64,000 nucleotides of DNA from Acidimicrobiia bacterium (GCA_028376655.1 JAONAZ010000003.1:18109-82108); one strand, 5' to 3'; shown: positions 37,009-47,018, counted from the first letter of the stretch. Made by a program: numbers and translations. The notes: a model not told the origin generated them from the letters alone.

Positions 37009-38379
37009 ATGGAAAATGAGATATCAAAACCAGTAAATGGTGCGGAACTAAGAAAACTTTCACGTAAGAATCCAGACGTAGCTTATAATTTTCTCTCACA
37101 AAATGTTGAAATCTGGAATGAAATTGCTTCAAATGATCCTTTTGACTCTGCAGATACTCTTGAAGAATTTGAACCCAAAGAAGCTGGTGAGTTACTTTTA
37201 AATATTCCAGTAGATGTTTCAATAAAGATTTTTGAATCTTTAAGACCAAGAGCAATAATCGAAATTGTTCAAAGTTTAGGTAGTAGTGTTGTCGATGAGA
37301 TTTTTAGTCAGATGGATACCGAAGACGTTGTTGATGTTTTTGAGAGAAGTACTGTTGATGAGGCTGAAGACTTACTAGAAATTTTAAATAAATCTACAAA
37401 ATTAAATATCAACAAAAGATTAGCTTATCCCAAAGATTCGGTCGGAAGGTTAATGTCAGAAGAGGTAGCAAAAATTTCAACTGGCTTAACTATTAAAGAA
37501 GCCCTAAGTGAACTTAAAAATTTGCACCATGATGTTGAAGATATTGTATATGTCTATTCTGTTGATGAAAAAAATTCCCTTTCTGGTGTTCTTTCGTTTA
37601 GAGAAATTGTATTTGCGAATCAAGAAGAGCTTATTGAAAATGTAATGATCCCAAATCCGATTTATATTAACCCTACTGATGATCAAGAAGAGGCTGCGAG
37701 ATTAATTAAACAATATGAGCTACTCGCCTTACCTGTTATTGATAAAAATAACAAACTTATCGGACAAGCAACTATCAGTACAGCTTTAGATGTTATTCAG
37801 ACAGAAATAGCTGAAGACTTTTCTCAATCTTTTGGAGCTGGTGCGGAGGAAACAATTTTTACACCTTTTCAGAAATCTATAAGACTCAGATTACCTTGGA
37901 TTGCGGTGAATATGGGTCTTGCATTTATTGTTTCTTGGCTTATTGCTCAATTTGATGAATCAATAGCTAGTGATGCATTACTCGCTGCATTAATGCCTGT
38001 AGTAGCTCTGGTTGGTGGAAACTCTGGTGCACAATCGTTGGCAATCGTCATAAGGGCACTTGCAAGAAATGATATATCTGATGCAAGAGTTGGAGAGGTA
38101 ATAGGTAAGCAGTCCTTAATAGGAGTGATTAATGGTATTTTTATGGGAATTTTTTCATTTGTTTTACTTAATATTATTGGTCTCAATAGCTATGCCCTAT
38201 CGCTTAGTATTGCAATTTTTGGAAACATGTTGATAGGTAATCTTTTTGGAGCATCTATACCTTTGGTTTTGAGAAAGCTTGGCTTTGATCCTGCCCTCGC
38301 TTCAAATATTTTTCTCACACTTATTACTGACATTGTTGGATTTGCTGGCTTTTTAGGAATTGCTCTCCTGTTAATCTAG
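37009..38379 (+). CDS. mgtE: Magnesium transporter MgtE
   Basis: The 456 aa ORF has the MgtE N-domain, tandem CBS domains and a C-terminal 5-TM domain with the GNSGAQS and ITDIVGF motifs. Confidence 0.9.
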   Translation: MENEISKPVNGAELRKLSRKNPDVAYNFLSQNVEIWNEIASNDPFDSADTLEEFEPKEAGELLLNIPVDVSIKIFESLRPRAIIEIVQSLGSSVVDEIFSQMDTEDVVDVFERSTVDEAEDLLEILNKSTKLNINKRLAYPKDSVGRLMSEEVAKISTGLTIKEALSELKNLHHDVEDIVYVYSVDEKNSLSGVLSFREIVFANQEELIENVMIPNPIYINPTDDQEEAARLIKQYELLALPVIDKNNKLIGQATISTALDVIQTEIAEDFSQSFGAGAEETIFTPFQKSIRLRLPWIAVNMGLAFIVSWLIAQFDESIASDALLAALMPVVALVGGNSGAQSLAIVIRALARNDISDARVGEVIGKQSLIGVINGIFMGIFSFVLLNIIGLNSYALSLSIAIFGNMLIGNLFGASIPLVLRKLGFDPALASNIFLTLITDIVGFAGFLGIALLLI

Positions 38380-38876
38380 TGATCCCTAGATCTTGAAGTT
38401 TTAGTCATAGTTTTAGAAAGTTTTCCATTTTCGAAAATAAAAGACTCTATTCCGTCAACAAGATGTTTTCCTTGTTGTGATTTCTGAGAAATAACTTGGA
38501 GTCTCAATCCTTCAAAGGGAGAAATTAAAGTTATCGAGTGTTGTTTAAAATGTTTAGATGATTGATCTCTTCTAATGACATCACTAATCATATGGTGGGA
38601 TTCCCATGACCATTCATCATCGACAACAACAAACTTACATATATGCTTTGTTTGCGTTCTGTCAATTCTGGCACCAGGACAAACTAGAAGACTTCCCTCA
38701 ATCCATGGATTCAATCCTACTCCATCAAATTTTGGAAAGCCCGTATCAAAAGCTTTGTCAATGATTGCATCAACATCACCATTTTCAAGATTTCTCTTTT
38801 TTATAATTTCAGAAATATTGTTCTGTAGGTCGAAAAGTTCTTTTTCTGAAAACTTTTCTAATTTTTCCTGATCCAT
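38376..38876 (-). CDS. Hypothetical soluble protein
   Basis: The 166 aa ORF shares an N-terminal helix motif with the ORF at 27748-27933. I do not recognise the remainder. Confidence 0.45.
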   Translation of the reverse strand: MDQEKLEKFSEKELFDLQNNISEIIKKRNLENGDVDAIIDKAFDTGFPKFDGVGLNPWIEGSLLVCPGARIDRTQTKHICKFVVVDDEWSWESHHMISDVIRRDQSSKHFKQHSITLISPFEGLRLQVISQKSQQGKHLVDGIESFIFENGKLSKTMTKTSRSRDH

Positions 38877-38909
38877 ATAATAAATTTAAGCAGGACTGTA
38901 AGACACTTA

Positions 38910-39041
38910 TTATTCTTCAGTGTCTTTTTTATTGAAATTTTGAACATCAATACGAATTATTCCAATTACAAAAATAGTTAGTGTTACAACTGGAAATATT
39001 AAAATTACTAAGAAGGGGCTTGATAATATTGTTTGTATCAT
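38910..39041 (-). CDS. Possible 43-aa single-TM peptide
   Basis: This ORF is below the ORF-track cutoff and reads MIQTILSSPFLVILIFPVVTLTIFVIGIIRIDVQNFNKKDTEE. The only supporting evidence is its hydrophobic profile. Confidence 0.25.
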   Translation of the reverse strand: MIQTILSSPFLVILIFPVVTLTIFVIGIIRIDVQNFNKKDTEE

Positions 39042-39251
39042 AATTTAATATTAACAAAGCTAGCAGGTATAATAACTCCTGAAAGGATACTTATGATAAA
39101 ACTAGGATTATACGCAAGCATTGTTTCTGTGATAGCTTCAGTTATCATTTATGCAGTGTTAGATGACCCTCAATTAGCTATATATATTGGACTATGGGCA
39201 CCAACCCTAATTCTTTATGGTCAAGCATACGAAAAAGCTAATCAAGAATAA
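39033..39251 (+). CDS. Small two-TM membrane protein, unknown function
   Basis: The 72 aa ORF may really start at the internal Met (MIKLGLYASIV...). Confidence 0.35.
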   Translation: MYHNLILTKLAGIITPERILMIKLGLYASIVSVIASVIIYAVLDDPQLAIYIGLWAPTLILYGQAYEKANQE

Positions 39252-39268
39252 ATAAACTTCGATTATAT

Positions 39269-39284
39269 TGTGAATAATTTCACA
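39269..39284. promoter_or_regulatory. Perfect TGTGA-N6-TCACA palindrome (second CRP/GlxR-type operator candidate)
   Basis: The sequence is TGTGAATAATTTCACA. The flanks (TTGTGAATA..TTCACAAAGTAA) are almost identical to the site at 3102-3117. It lies 105 bp upstream of the ORF at 39389. Confidence 0.45.
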
Positions 39285-39388
39285 AAGTAACTAATATAGC
39301 TACGTGAGCAAATTTGAAAAAAGAATTTTTTGGGGATTTATGAGCGTAGCTTTCTGTCTTCATATGTATCTTGTAGTTTCTTCTATAG

Positions 39389-39862
39389 TTGCAAGTTAAA
39401 AAATACATAATATTTTTAATACTTTTATGTTGTTCTAACAACGTTTCCAACTCTTATATTAAAGATACTGCTTCAGCAAATGTTATTGATTCAGATGTCG
39501 TTCTCACTGAAATACTTGAGAGCTACAAACAATTTTCAGATTATCCACAAACTTCTTTGGATGCAATATGGAATTATGCACATCCTGATAATAAAAAAAT
39601 AACCGGACCAAAGGAAAACTTTAGGAATATGCTTTTATCAGAGCCCTATAACTCGATACTAGATTTAAAGGAATATAGTTTTACTAAGACTGTCGAGACT
39701 GAAAATAGCGAACATTATGAAATAAAAATATTAGCTAAAAATAATTCCTATTTTGAAGTAACTTGGGTTTTTCAATTCGATGAGTGTCCTGAAAATCCTC
39801 AAAATAAATGCTGGCTCACAATAGCTGTGACTGCCCCCTCGTATTATGAATCTGGTGTATAA
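39389..39862 (+). CDS. Lipoprotein of unknown function
   Basis: The 157 aa ORF has a TTG start and a signal peptide with lipobox LLCCS. Confidence 0.45.
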   Translation: MQVKKYIIFLILLCCSNNVSNSYIKDTASANVIDSDVVLTEILESYKQFSDYPQTSLDAIWNYAHPDNKKITGPKENFRNMLLSEPYNSILDLKEYSFTKTVETENSEHYEIKILAKNNSYFEVTWVFQFDECPENPQNKCWLTIAVTAPSYYESGV

Positions 39863-39970
39863 CTGTACATATAAGTTCTCAAATAAATTCTAAATATTAC
39901 ATCATTGCTATCATCAAACTAGCTAATAAAGAGTAAATATTCGCTTTTTTAAAAATATTTAGGATGGATT

Positions 39971-41107
39971 ATGACAAACACTTACTCAAAAGAAATAAGA
40001 TCAACAGTCACAAGTGATGGAGTTATTGAGATAACAATTGGAAAGGTTGACGTCCCTATACCAGCTGATGATGAAGTATTAGTTGAGATTCATGCAGCTC
40101 CGATTAATCCATCTGACATAGGACTACTAACTACTTTTGCAGGTGATCTCTCAAATATCGATATTTCTGGATCTGGTGAAGATTTAGTTGCTTCCATGAA
40201 GATACACCCTGCATTAATGAGTTCTATGAAATCACGACTAGACCAATCTATGACAGTAGGTAATGAAGGTGCCGGTATAGTTATTGATGCTGGAGAGAAT
40301 GCCAAAAAACTTATTGGTAAAACAGTAGGATTCGCAGCTGGATCGATGTATTCACAATATAGATGTGTTCCTGCAATTAACTGTTTAGTAATGGAAGAAG
40401 GAACTACACCTAGAGTTGCAGCATCATCTTTTGTAAACCCATTAACCGCCTTATGTTTTGTCGAAACTATGAAAATGGAAAATCATTCTGCAATAGTTCA
40501 TACGGCAGCTGCTTCTAATTTAGGTCAAATGCTTGTCAAAATATGTAAGGATGATGAAATTCCATTAGTCAATATAGTGAGAAAACAAGAACAGGTAGAC
40601 ATCTTAAAAAATATTGGAGCAGAATACATTTGTAATACAAGTGATCCAGACTTTATGAAAAATCTAGTAAAAGCAGTATTAGAAACAGGAGCAACATTGG
40701 GTTTTGATGCAACTGGAGGTGGTAATAATGGAGAATTACCTAGTCAGATTTTATCTGCAATGGAAATTGCAGCTAACCAAAAGTCTGAAGAATATTCAAG
40801 ATATGGTTCTGAGACCTACAAACAAGTATATATTTATGGTGGTCTTGATCAGTCTCCAACAATACTTAAAAGATCTTACGGTATGTCTTGGGGACTAGGT
40901 GGATGGCTTCTAACCCCGATGCTTGGAAAAATTGGAATGGATAAATTTCAAACAATGAGAGCGAGGATTGCTAAAGAAATAAAAACGACTTTTGCAAGTA
41001 CGTATATTCAGGAGATATCTTTAGAGGAGATGCTTCAACCAGAAGTAATAAATGCATATGCTAAACATAAAACGGGTAATAAATACTTAGTAAATCCACA
41101 AAAGTAA
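39971..41107 (+). CDS. Medium-chain dehydrogenase/reductase (quinone oxidoreductase-like) family protein
   Basis: The 378 aa ORF has a GroES-like N-domain (VLVEIHAAPINPSD) and a Rossmann segment (AIVHTAAASNLGQ). Confidence 0.72.
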   Translation: MTNTYSKEIRSTVTSDGVIEITIGKVDVPIPADDEVLVEIHAAPINPSDIGLLTTFAGDLSNIDISGSGEDLVASMKIHPALMSSMKSRLDQSMTVGNEGAGIVIDAGENAKKLIGKTVGFAAGSMYSQYRCVPAINCLVMEEGTTPRVAASSFVNPLTALCFVETMKMENHSAIVHTAAASNLGQMLVKICKDDEIPLVNIVRKQEQVDILKNIGAEYICNTSDPDFMKNLVKAVLETGATLGFDATGGGNNGELPSQILSAMEIAANQKSEEYSRYGSETYKQVYIYGGLDQSPTILKRSYGMSWGLGGWLLTPMLGKIGMDKFQTMRARIAKEIKTTFASTYIQEISLEEMLQPEVINAYAKHKTGNKYLVNPQK

Positions 41108-41149
41108 TTTTTATTTATGATTCAGAATGTTGGCTTCTTTTTTTTAATC

Positions 41150-41683
41150 CTAATCGTCAAGATTCTCGAGAGGGTTTTCGGGTTGGCAGATTTCAAATGC
41201 TTCCTGAACTTTTTCTGATTCAAAATCAATATTTGCATCTCTGAATGCAAAGAATCCAAATTCACCAGGTTTAGGATCTGGAAAATCGATTCCCTCATCT
41301 CTCATGCATTGCGAAAATTCTAGAGATGCATCAACTAAAGCTGCTTCAACCTCTGGATCGAGATCAAATTGTTCTGGTAAAGCTTCTCTTAAAATATCTT
41401 CACAATTAACAAAAGCTTCATCGAATTCTTCTTCATTCTCTATATTGAGATCATCAAATTCGGGGTTTCCATCGACATCGAAACTTGGATCAGGAAAGTT
41501 TATACCTTCTTCTCTCATGCATCGTGCAAAATCTAAAACACCTTCCTCAAAAGTTTTCTCAACTTCAACAACTTCTATTTGCATTGTACTTTCTATAGTT
41601 GCTACACCTTCTGACAATTCTTCACCACCAATTGTGCAAGCTGAGACAAGAACCAATGTAAAAGTTAAAATTATATTTTTCAT
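41150..41683 (-). CDS. Acidic Cys-pair-module lipoprotein, paralog 1 (unrecognised family)
   Basis: The 177 aa ORF has lipobox LVSAC and two modules starting FARCMREEGINFPDP and FSQCMRDEGIDFPDP, each closed by a second Cys. It overlaps the ABC permease gene by 4 nt. Confidence 0.6.
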   Translation of the reverse strand: MKNIILTFTLVLVSACTIGGEELSEGVATIESTMQIEVVEVEKTFEEGVLDFARCMREEGINFPDPSFDVDGNPEFDDLNIENEEEFDEAFVNCEDILREALPEQFDLDPEVEAALVDASLEFSQCMRDEGIDFPDPKPGEFGFFAFRDANIDFESEKVQEAFEICQPENPLENLDD

Positions 41684-42861
41684 TTTCTAACTGCTTCTGC
41701 TGGCTGTATTTTTGAAGCCTTAATAGCAGGATAAACTCCTGAAATTGCCCCAATTAATAATGCCAATAAGATTGCACCTAAAACTTGGCTTACAGGTATC
41801 GAAAATACTATATCTGTATAATTTGTATAACCAAGGGTTATACCAGTTCCTAAAAATACTCCTACAAGTCCGCCTATTCCAGATAATACAATGCTCTCTA
41901 GTAAAAATTGATATCTTATCTCTTTACGAGTTGCTCCGATAGACCTACGCACGCCAATCTCCATTCTTCTTTCAAGAACTGACATAACCATAACGTTTGC
42001 AATAGCTACCCCTCCTACAAGCAATGCAACAGAACCAAGGCCAAGAAGTAAATTTGTAAATGCTGCGTCAGCAGCCTCTTGTGCCTCTAATGCATCAGAG
42101 GGTCTAGAAACTTGAACTTGATCTGGATTTTCTGGATTCATTGAGGGCGCTATTACTTCAACAACATCTTCTATGTATGAAGGATTTGCCCTAACATAAA
42201 TTGTTGTTGGTTCTTTGTCTATATCAAAAAGAGTTTTCGCAACTCCATATCCAATAAATACTGATCTGTCTAAGTCTGGATGAATTTTTAACTCATCTAA
42301 AATCCCTACAACACCAAACCACTCATCACCAATTAAAATTTTTGTAGGAGTTTCTAGGGTATTTATTCCCAATCTAGAAGCAGTAACACTACCTAAAACC
42401 GTAACTGGAATGTTTGATAGACCATCCTGTATGAATCTTCCTTCAATTAAATTTCCTCCAACAACCTGATGGAGTTCTGGACTTGTGACTATAGTTGATA
42501 TTCCACCACCTTCGAACTGAGAAATAAAATCACTGCGTCTTACGATTAAATCTGCTTGAGTTGTAGAAGTAACTTCTTCTACTGGTCCTATCCTTTCAAC
42601 CATACCCACAACTCCATCAGGTAGTTTCTCCTGGGTTCCAAAGAAGCCTGCTTGTGGAGAAGCTTTTATTAGGTTTGTACCAAGAGATTCAAGAGTTGCC
42701 AATAAATCTGCACGACCAGATGCTGAAATACCTGTTACAGCAACTATTGCCGCAATCCCTATTCCTATGCCAATTGATGTTAAGGCTGCTCTACCTCTTC
42801 TTGCTCTTACTCCATATAACGCAACAAAAAAAAGATCTTTAATTTTTAATCTCTGTTTCAT
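41680..42861 (-). CDS. MacB/FtsX-type ABC transporter permease with a large extracytoplasmic domain
   Basis: The 393 aa ORF has TM1, an ectodomain of about 220 aa and then three C-terminal TM segments (FtsX fold). The order ATPase-permease matches MacB-like systems. Confidence 0.85.
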   Translation of the reverse strand: MKQRLKIKDLFFVALYGVRARRGRAALTSIGIGIGIAAIVAVTGISASGRADLLATLESLGTNLIKASPQAGFFGTQEKLPDGVVGMVERIGPVEEVTSTTQADLIVRRSDFISQFEGGGISTIVTSPELHQVVGGNLIEGRFIQDGLSNIPVTVLGSVTASRLGINTLETPTKILIGDEWFGVVGILDELKIHPDLDRSVFIGYGVAKTLFDIDKEPTTIYVRANPSYIEDVVEVIAPSMNPENPDQVQVSRPSDALEAQEAADAAFTNLLLGLGSVALLVGGVAIANVMVMSVLERRMEIGVRRSIGATRKEIRYQFLLESIVLSGIGGLVGVFLGTGITLGYTNYTDIVFSIPVSQVLGAILLALLIGAISGVYPAIKASKIQPAEAVRK

Positions 42862-43542
42862 TTATGCAACGATCTTTCCATCAGTTAAAGTTATTACTTT
42901 TTTAAATTTCTTTGCATGCTCTTGATTGTGAGTAATCATAACTACAGTTTTTCCCTGCTTGTTTAATTCTTTAAGAATATTGAGAATATTCATTCCAGAT
43001 TCTTTATCTAAGTTCCCTGTTGGCTCGTCAGCAAGAATAAATGCTGGATCTTGCACGAGTGCTCTTGCAATGGCAACTCTTTGCTGCTGTCCTCCAGACA
43101 GTTCTGTTGGTTGATGTGTTATTCTGTCACCTAAACCAACATCCTCTAATACTTCTGCTGCTTTTTTTAATCTTTCTTCCCTTTTGATACCTTGATAAAG
43201 TAAGCCTTCTGCAACATTTTCCTGAGCAGTTAGACCAGGAAGTAGAAAAAAACTTTGAAAGATAAACCCAATTTTTTCACCCCTAAATTTTGACAACTCA
43301 TTATCTGAGAGATTTGAAATATCTTGACCTTCTATCTCTACGGTACCTTCAGTTACTGTGTCTAGTAAGCCAATCATATTGAGTAATGTTGACTTGCCGC
43401 TACCAGATTGACCAACTATTGATACAAGGTCACCTTCTTGAATTTCTAAAGTGAGTTTGTCTATAGCCTTAACTTGTGGCGGCCCTTCGTAAATTTTGGA
43501 TATATTTTTTAAAGCAATTACAGTTTTTTGTTTTGATTTCAT
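42862..43542 (-). CDS. ABC transporter ATP-binding protein (MacB/LolD-like)
   Basis: The 226 aa ORF has Walker [10 protein letters not shown], signature LSGGQQQR, Walker [12 protein letters not shown] and an H-loop (ITHN). Confidence 0.92.
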   Translation of the reverse strand: MKSKQKTVIALKNISKIYEGPPQVKAIDKLTLEIQEGDLVSIVGQSGSGKSTLLNMIGLLDTVTEGTVEIEGQDISNLSDNELSKFRGEKIGFIFQSFFLLPGLTAQENVAEGLLYQGIKREERLKKAAEVLEDVGLGDRITHQPTELSGGQQQRVAIARALVQDPAFILADEPTGNLDKESGMNILNILKELNKQGKTVVMITHNQEHAKKFKKVITLTDGKIVA

Positions 43543-45125
43543 CTAGGTACAACTACCATTTGTCCTTTTTGAATATTTCCAATAATTTCTACAAATCCAT
43601 CTGTAAATACACCTATTTCAACAGCAACATAAGTGGTATCTGTTCCAGAATCTCCATCAAATACTTCACCTTCCGTGTCTCCACTGAATACTTCTACCGC
43701 ATACCCACCTTCAGCTAAAGCTATTAAGGCATTAACGGGTACATATAAAACATTCTTAGATACTTCAGTTGTAACAAATACTTTTACTGGAGCTTGGTCG
43801 TAAACTTCAATAGATTCTGGATTAAGAACATCTAATGTCACTTCTATGAAATCACCAGCTTGTGTTTGTGTAACAACTTGATCTATGAAGGTAATTATTG
43901 TTGGGACCCTTTCGTCCGTTGGTAGTTCAATTTCTACAGTATCACCTAAAGAAACAGTCTCCTGATCTGTTGCATCTACCTGGAATACAACTTCAATTCC
44001 AATAGAAGATATATTATAAAGTTGAGAATTGAGGACGAGAGCTGAACCAAGATCATTTATATATGATCCAACAATAAGCGGGGAGTTAGAAGCATAAGCA
44101 TTGGTTGGTGAAAAAGTTTCTGATTTAGATGAAAGCATGAGTTCCTCAAGCTCTTCTTTTTCTTTGGCTAATTCAGCTACCTGATCGACACCATCATTGT
44201 ATGCGTTTAGTGTGTCATCATAAGCTTTTTGGGCTGTTTCAATTGCTAAAGCTTCTGTTGAGTCAATTGCTGATTCTTTTCCTTTTTCTAATGTTTTAAT
44301 TCTTTTCTGCTCTTCAATTGTCTGCTCTAAGTCCTCAATGGCACCATCTAAAGTTCCATCTGCAGTCTTTTCTTTTGTCTTTGGATTTGATGTGTCTCTA
44401 TATAATGTCAAACTTTGTTCTGCATTCTTGATGGCTGTATCTGCTGCTTGCCATGCGGTGCTTTCCTCAATTGCTGTGTCTTTAGCATCATCCAACTTTT
44501 TCTTCTTATCGTTGACCTGCGTTAAAGTGGTTCCTCCATCTTCAATTGTCTTCTCAATAGCTTCAACAGCCGACTCTTTTAAATTGATTGCAACTTGTTC
44601 TGTCGAAGTTATTTCTGATTTAGTATCAATTTTGTAGTCAATGTAAAGAGAATTTAACATGGCCGAAGTTATCTCATCAAATGTCTCGTCTGGAATAAAA
44701 CCTTCAGAAGAATAACCCAAAAACTGTAAAGCTTTTTCGAGTTGTAAAACATCTGGTCCAGACTTTGAATTTAAATCTAATGTCCTGTAAAAAGGTATCG
44801 ACCCTTCAACTAAAATTACAGGCTTGTTGTCAACTGCAAAAAGGATTTCTCCATAATTTACTACTGTTCCTTCTTCTGGAAGATAAGTAACCACTCCAGC
44901 AATAGGGGTTTTAAGAATTTTGCTGTCGGTTTGCCTTAGTGTCCCGTTATATTCTTCTTTTTTTGATAAATCACCCTGTTGGATACTTACGGTTGTTAAT
45001 TCTAGGGTTTTACTATTAGTTGAGGAATCAGTGTTTTGAGTACCAAAATAATAACCTCCATAAGCAAGAGCAGTTATGGTAATTAACACATACAGGTTTT
45101 TTAATTTAAATATATTTTTTATCAT
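43539..45125 (-). CDS. Membrane-fusion (HlyD/efflux adaptor-like) protein with an inserted peptidoglycan-binding domain
   Basis: The 528 aa ORF has an N-terminal TM, a lipoyl-like hairpin (GVVTYLPEEGTVVNYGEILFAVD), a PG_binding_1-like segment (GPDVLQLEKALQFLGY), a long coiled coil and C-terminal beta-barrel domains. Confidence 0.72.
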   Translation of the reverse strand: MIKNIFKLKNLYVLITITALAYGGYYFGTQNTDSSTNSKTLELTTVSIQQGDLSKKEEYNGTLRQTDSKILKTPIAGVVTYLPEEGTVVNYGEILFAVDNKPVILVEGSIPFYRTLDLNSKSGPDVLQLEKALQFLGYSSEGFIPDETFDEITSAMLNSLYIDYKIDTKSEITSTEQVAINLKESAVEAIEKTIEDGGTTLTQVNDKKKKLDDAKDTAIEESTAWQAADTAIKNAEQSLTLYRDTSNPKTKEKTADGTLDGAIEDLEQTIEEQKRIKTLEKGKESAIDSTEALAIETAQKAYDDTLNAYNDGVDQVAELAKEKEELEELMLSSKSETFSPTNAYASNSPLIVGSYINDLGSALVLNSQLYNISSIGIEVVFQVDATDQETVSLGDTVEIELPTDERVPTIITFIDQVVTQTQAGDFIEVTLDVLNPESIEVYDQAPVKVFVTTEVSKNVLYVPVNALIALAEGGYAVEVFSGDTEGEVFDGDSGTDTTYVAVEIGVFTDGFVEIIGNIQKGQMVVVPR

Positions 45126-45188
45126 TGTTCTAGTTACCTTAGTTTATTAAACCTGTAAATTTTCTGAGAAATTATTTTTATAAGTTTC

Positions 45189-45788
45189 TTAATCATCCCA
45201 CTCCTCACCTTTCAACTCTTCTGGCAATGTTTCCTCACAGGCTTGCCATGTCTGAACAATTGGGTCATCTTCACTAAAATCCCATTCTTCACTTGTATAT
45301 GCGTCAAGGTTCACATTTCTATTAAAGTAATTGGGATCGGGGACCTTCGGGTATCCATTCTCTCTAAAGCAACTTGCTATATGTAGTGCACTGTCTAACT
45401 CTTTCGCGGTTTCAGCTGGGTTTTCAAATTGATTCTCGTCTGCAACTCCCCATAAATTATACTCCAAAGCACAGTCTTCTATTTTGCTCCATAGTTCCTC
45501 TTGTTCTTCAGTGGTCAAGGTTTCAAAGTAGGAAGCAATAGTTGTATATGCATCTAAAAAGTTTCTTGGTTCTTTGAATTTATAACCAGATTCATTTACA
45601 CACTGAACAAGGACTAATGGGGCATCTTCATCTGAAATTTCTTCCCGTTCATCTGTAAGTTCAATGCCAAGAGCAATCGCCTCTTTTCCTTTATCGGTAT
45701 CTGAAACGGAAACAATAGCTTGTTCTTCTTGTTGAAATAATGAACAAGCTGTAAATAAAACTAATATTATTGAGGCTTTTCTGTACAT
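45189..45788 (-). CDS. Acidic Cys-pair-module lipoprotein, paralog 2
   Basis: The 199 aa ORF has lipobox LFTAC and modules LVQCVNESGYKFKEP and IASCFRENGYPKVPDP, each with a closing Cys. Confidence 0.6.
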   Translation of the reverse strand: MYRKASIILVLFTACSLFQQEEQAIVSVSDTDKGKEAIALGIELTDEREEISDEDAPLVLVQCVNESGYKFKEPRNFLDAYTTIASYFETLTTEEQEELWSKIEDCALEYNLWGVADENQFENPAETAKELDSALHIASCFRENGYPKVPDPNYFNRNVNLDAYTSEEWDFSEDDPIVQTWQACEETLPEELKGEEWDD

Positions 45789-45813
45789 ATAAGATTATAA
45801 ATTATACATAGCT

Positions 45814-46404
45814 TTAACTTCCACCTTGTTGTGGGGGTTCGCGTCCAAGATCATCAAAACACTCTGCCCGTACTTCTCTGATTTGTTCTTGTAAGTATTG
45901 TCCTGACTGAACAAGCTCAGAAATTATACTTCTAAGTGATCTTTCTGCGTTAGGATCTTCAACCTCTATCCCTTTTTCTCTAAAACATCGTGCAATTTCA
46001 AGCGCGGAATCTAACTGTTCTGCGACTTCTTCTGGATTCTCAAAATCTGCTGTGCCACCTAGTGGAATGTTGTTATCTTCAGCACAAGTCTCTATAGTCT
46101 CAAAAAGTTCGTCTCTACCTTTTTGATCAGCAGCTAAAAATACCGGTTGCAAAACGCTTCGTAAACTCTCATCATTTTTAGGATCTGTAATATCATATCC
46201 ATTTTCTCTTAAGCACCTAGCTAGTAAAAGTTGTGCATCTTCAGGAGAAATTATTTCTTGAACGACCTCTTCCGTAATAGTTTCAACTGTTGTGTCGCTT
46301 GATAAATTATTTACAGAAATAACTCCTTGCGAGTCATCTGACGAGGAGCACGCAGAGATAAGAACAAATATAAGTAATAAAGTGTTGGTTAAGTATTTTT
46401 TCAT
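45814..46404 (-). CDS. Acidic Cys-pair-module lipoprotein, paralog 3
   Basis: The 196 aa ORF has lipobox LISAC and modules LARCLRENGYDITDP and IARCFREKGIEVEDP, each with a closing Cys. Confidence 0.6.
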   Translation of the reverse strand: MKKYLTNTLLLIFVLISACSSSDDSQGVISVNNLSSDTTVETITEEVVQEIISPEDAQLLLARCLRENGYDITDPKNDESLRSVLQPVFLAADQKGRDELFETIETCAEDNNIPLGGTADFENPEEVAEQLDSALEIARCFREKGIEVEDPNAERSLRSIISELVQSGQYLQEQIREVRAECFDDLGREPPQQGGS

Positions 46405-46459
46405 GGTTACATTTTAGTAAATGTGTATTGGACTAGGGAGAAAACCAATACACAAATAC

Positions 46460-46939
46460 TTAACTACTGCCTTTCGACTTATGGTGTCCTTTTCTGTGAT
46501 GACTTTTAATGCTGTCTTTAAACTCTTCTTCTGAAATTACACCATCTTCAAGCTCCCCTGAAAAGCGTTCTTTAAATCGATCTATTTTTTCTTGATCTAT
46601 AGTTGTTACAGAATCTAGTTCTACTATCGTAATTTCTTCATCTTCAAGCATTTCATTAATTAGATTTTTGATTTCTTCTCTTTCCGCTTTTATCGTTAGT
46701 TTTTTTGATTCAAGAGCTCTCAATACGCTATCAGACTGATTCTGAGACAGAGTGCCCTCTTCAACAAGACCTATTAAGACACCCTCTAGAAGATTGTGTT
46801 TATCAGCTTTGTCATTAGAAACCTTTTTTTCAAAAAAATTCTCTCTAACTTGAGGAGCTTCAGAGGCATAAGATATACCCATAATGCCAACACCAAGAGT
46901 AAGACCAAAAACGCCTATTCCTAATAATAATCTTTTCAT
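46460..46939 (-). CDS. Secreted/anchored helical protein with a His-rich basic tail (positional analogue of CpxP/Spy-type accessory proteins)
   Basis: I set the start at the Met preceded by an AAGGA SD (MKRLLLGIGVFGLTL...). The body is charged and helical with one LTxxQ-like motif (LSQNQ), and the C-terminus reads HHRKGHHKSKGSS. The gene is divergent from the RR/HK pair. Confidence 0.5.
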   Translation of the reverse strand: MKRLLLGIGVFGLTLGVGIMGISYASEAPQVRENFFEKKVSNDKADKHNLLEGVLIGLVEEGTLSQNQSDSVLRALESKKLTIKAEREEIKNLINEMLEDEEITIVELDSVTTIDQEKIDRFKERFSGELEDGVISEEEFKDSIKSHHRKGHHKSKGSS

Positions 46940-46990
46940 ATTCGTCCTTTCTTTTTCATACTCTTTTGTAACAGTTGCAACCTTGGGATA

Positions 46991-47018
46991 TTCTGTGAAA
47001 CCTGAGAAGTTTCTGAGA
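46991..47018. promoter_or_regulatory. Three phased CTG(T/A)GA direct repeats in the divergent promoter region (response-regulator site candidate)
   Basis: CTGTGA at 46993, CTGAGA at 47002 and CTGAGA at 47013 are spaced 9 and 11 bp apart. They lie between the - strand operon start (46939) and the RR start (47070). Confidence 0.3.

Noticed and set aside
38900-38932. The hairpin AAGACACT-N11-AGTGTCTT followed by TTTTTAT on the + strand, considered as a rho-independent terminator.
   Set aside because: No + strand gene ends nearby, since mgtE ends at 38379 and the interval is occupied by a - strand gene. On the - strand the stem lacks a U-tract. It also overlaps the possible 43-aa ORF.
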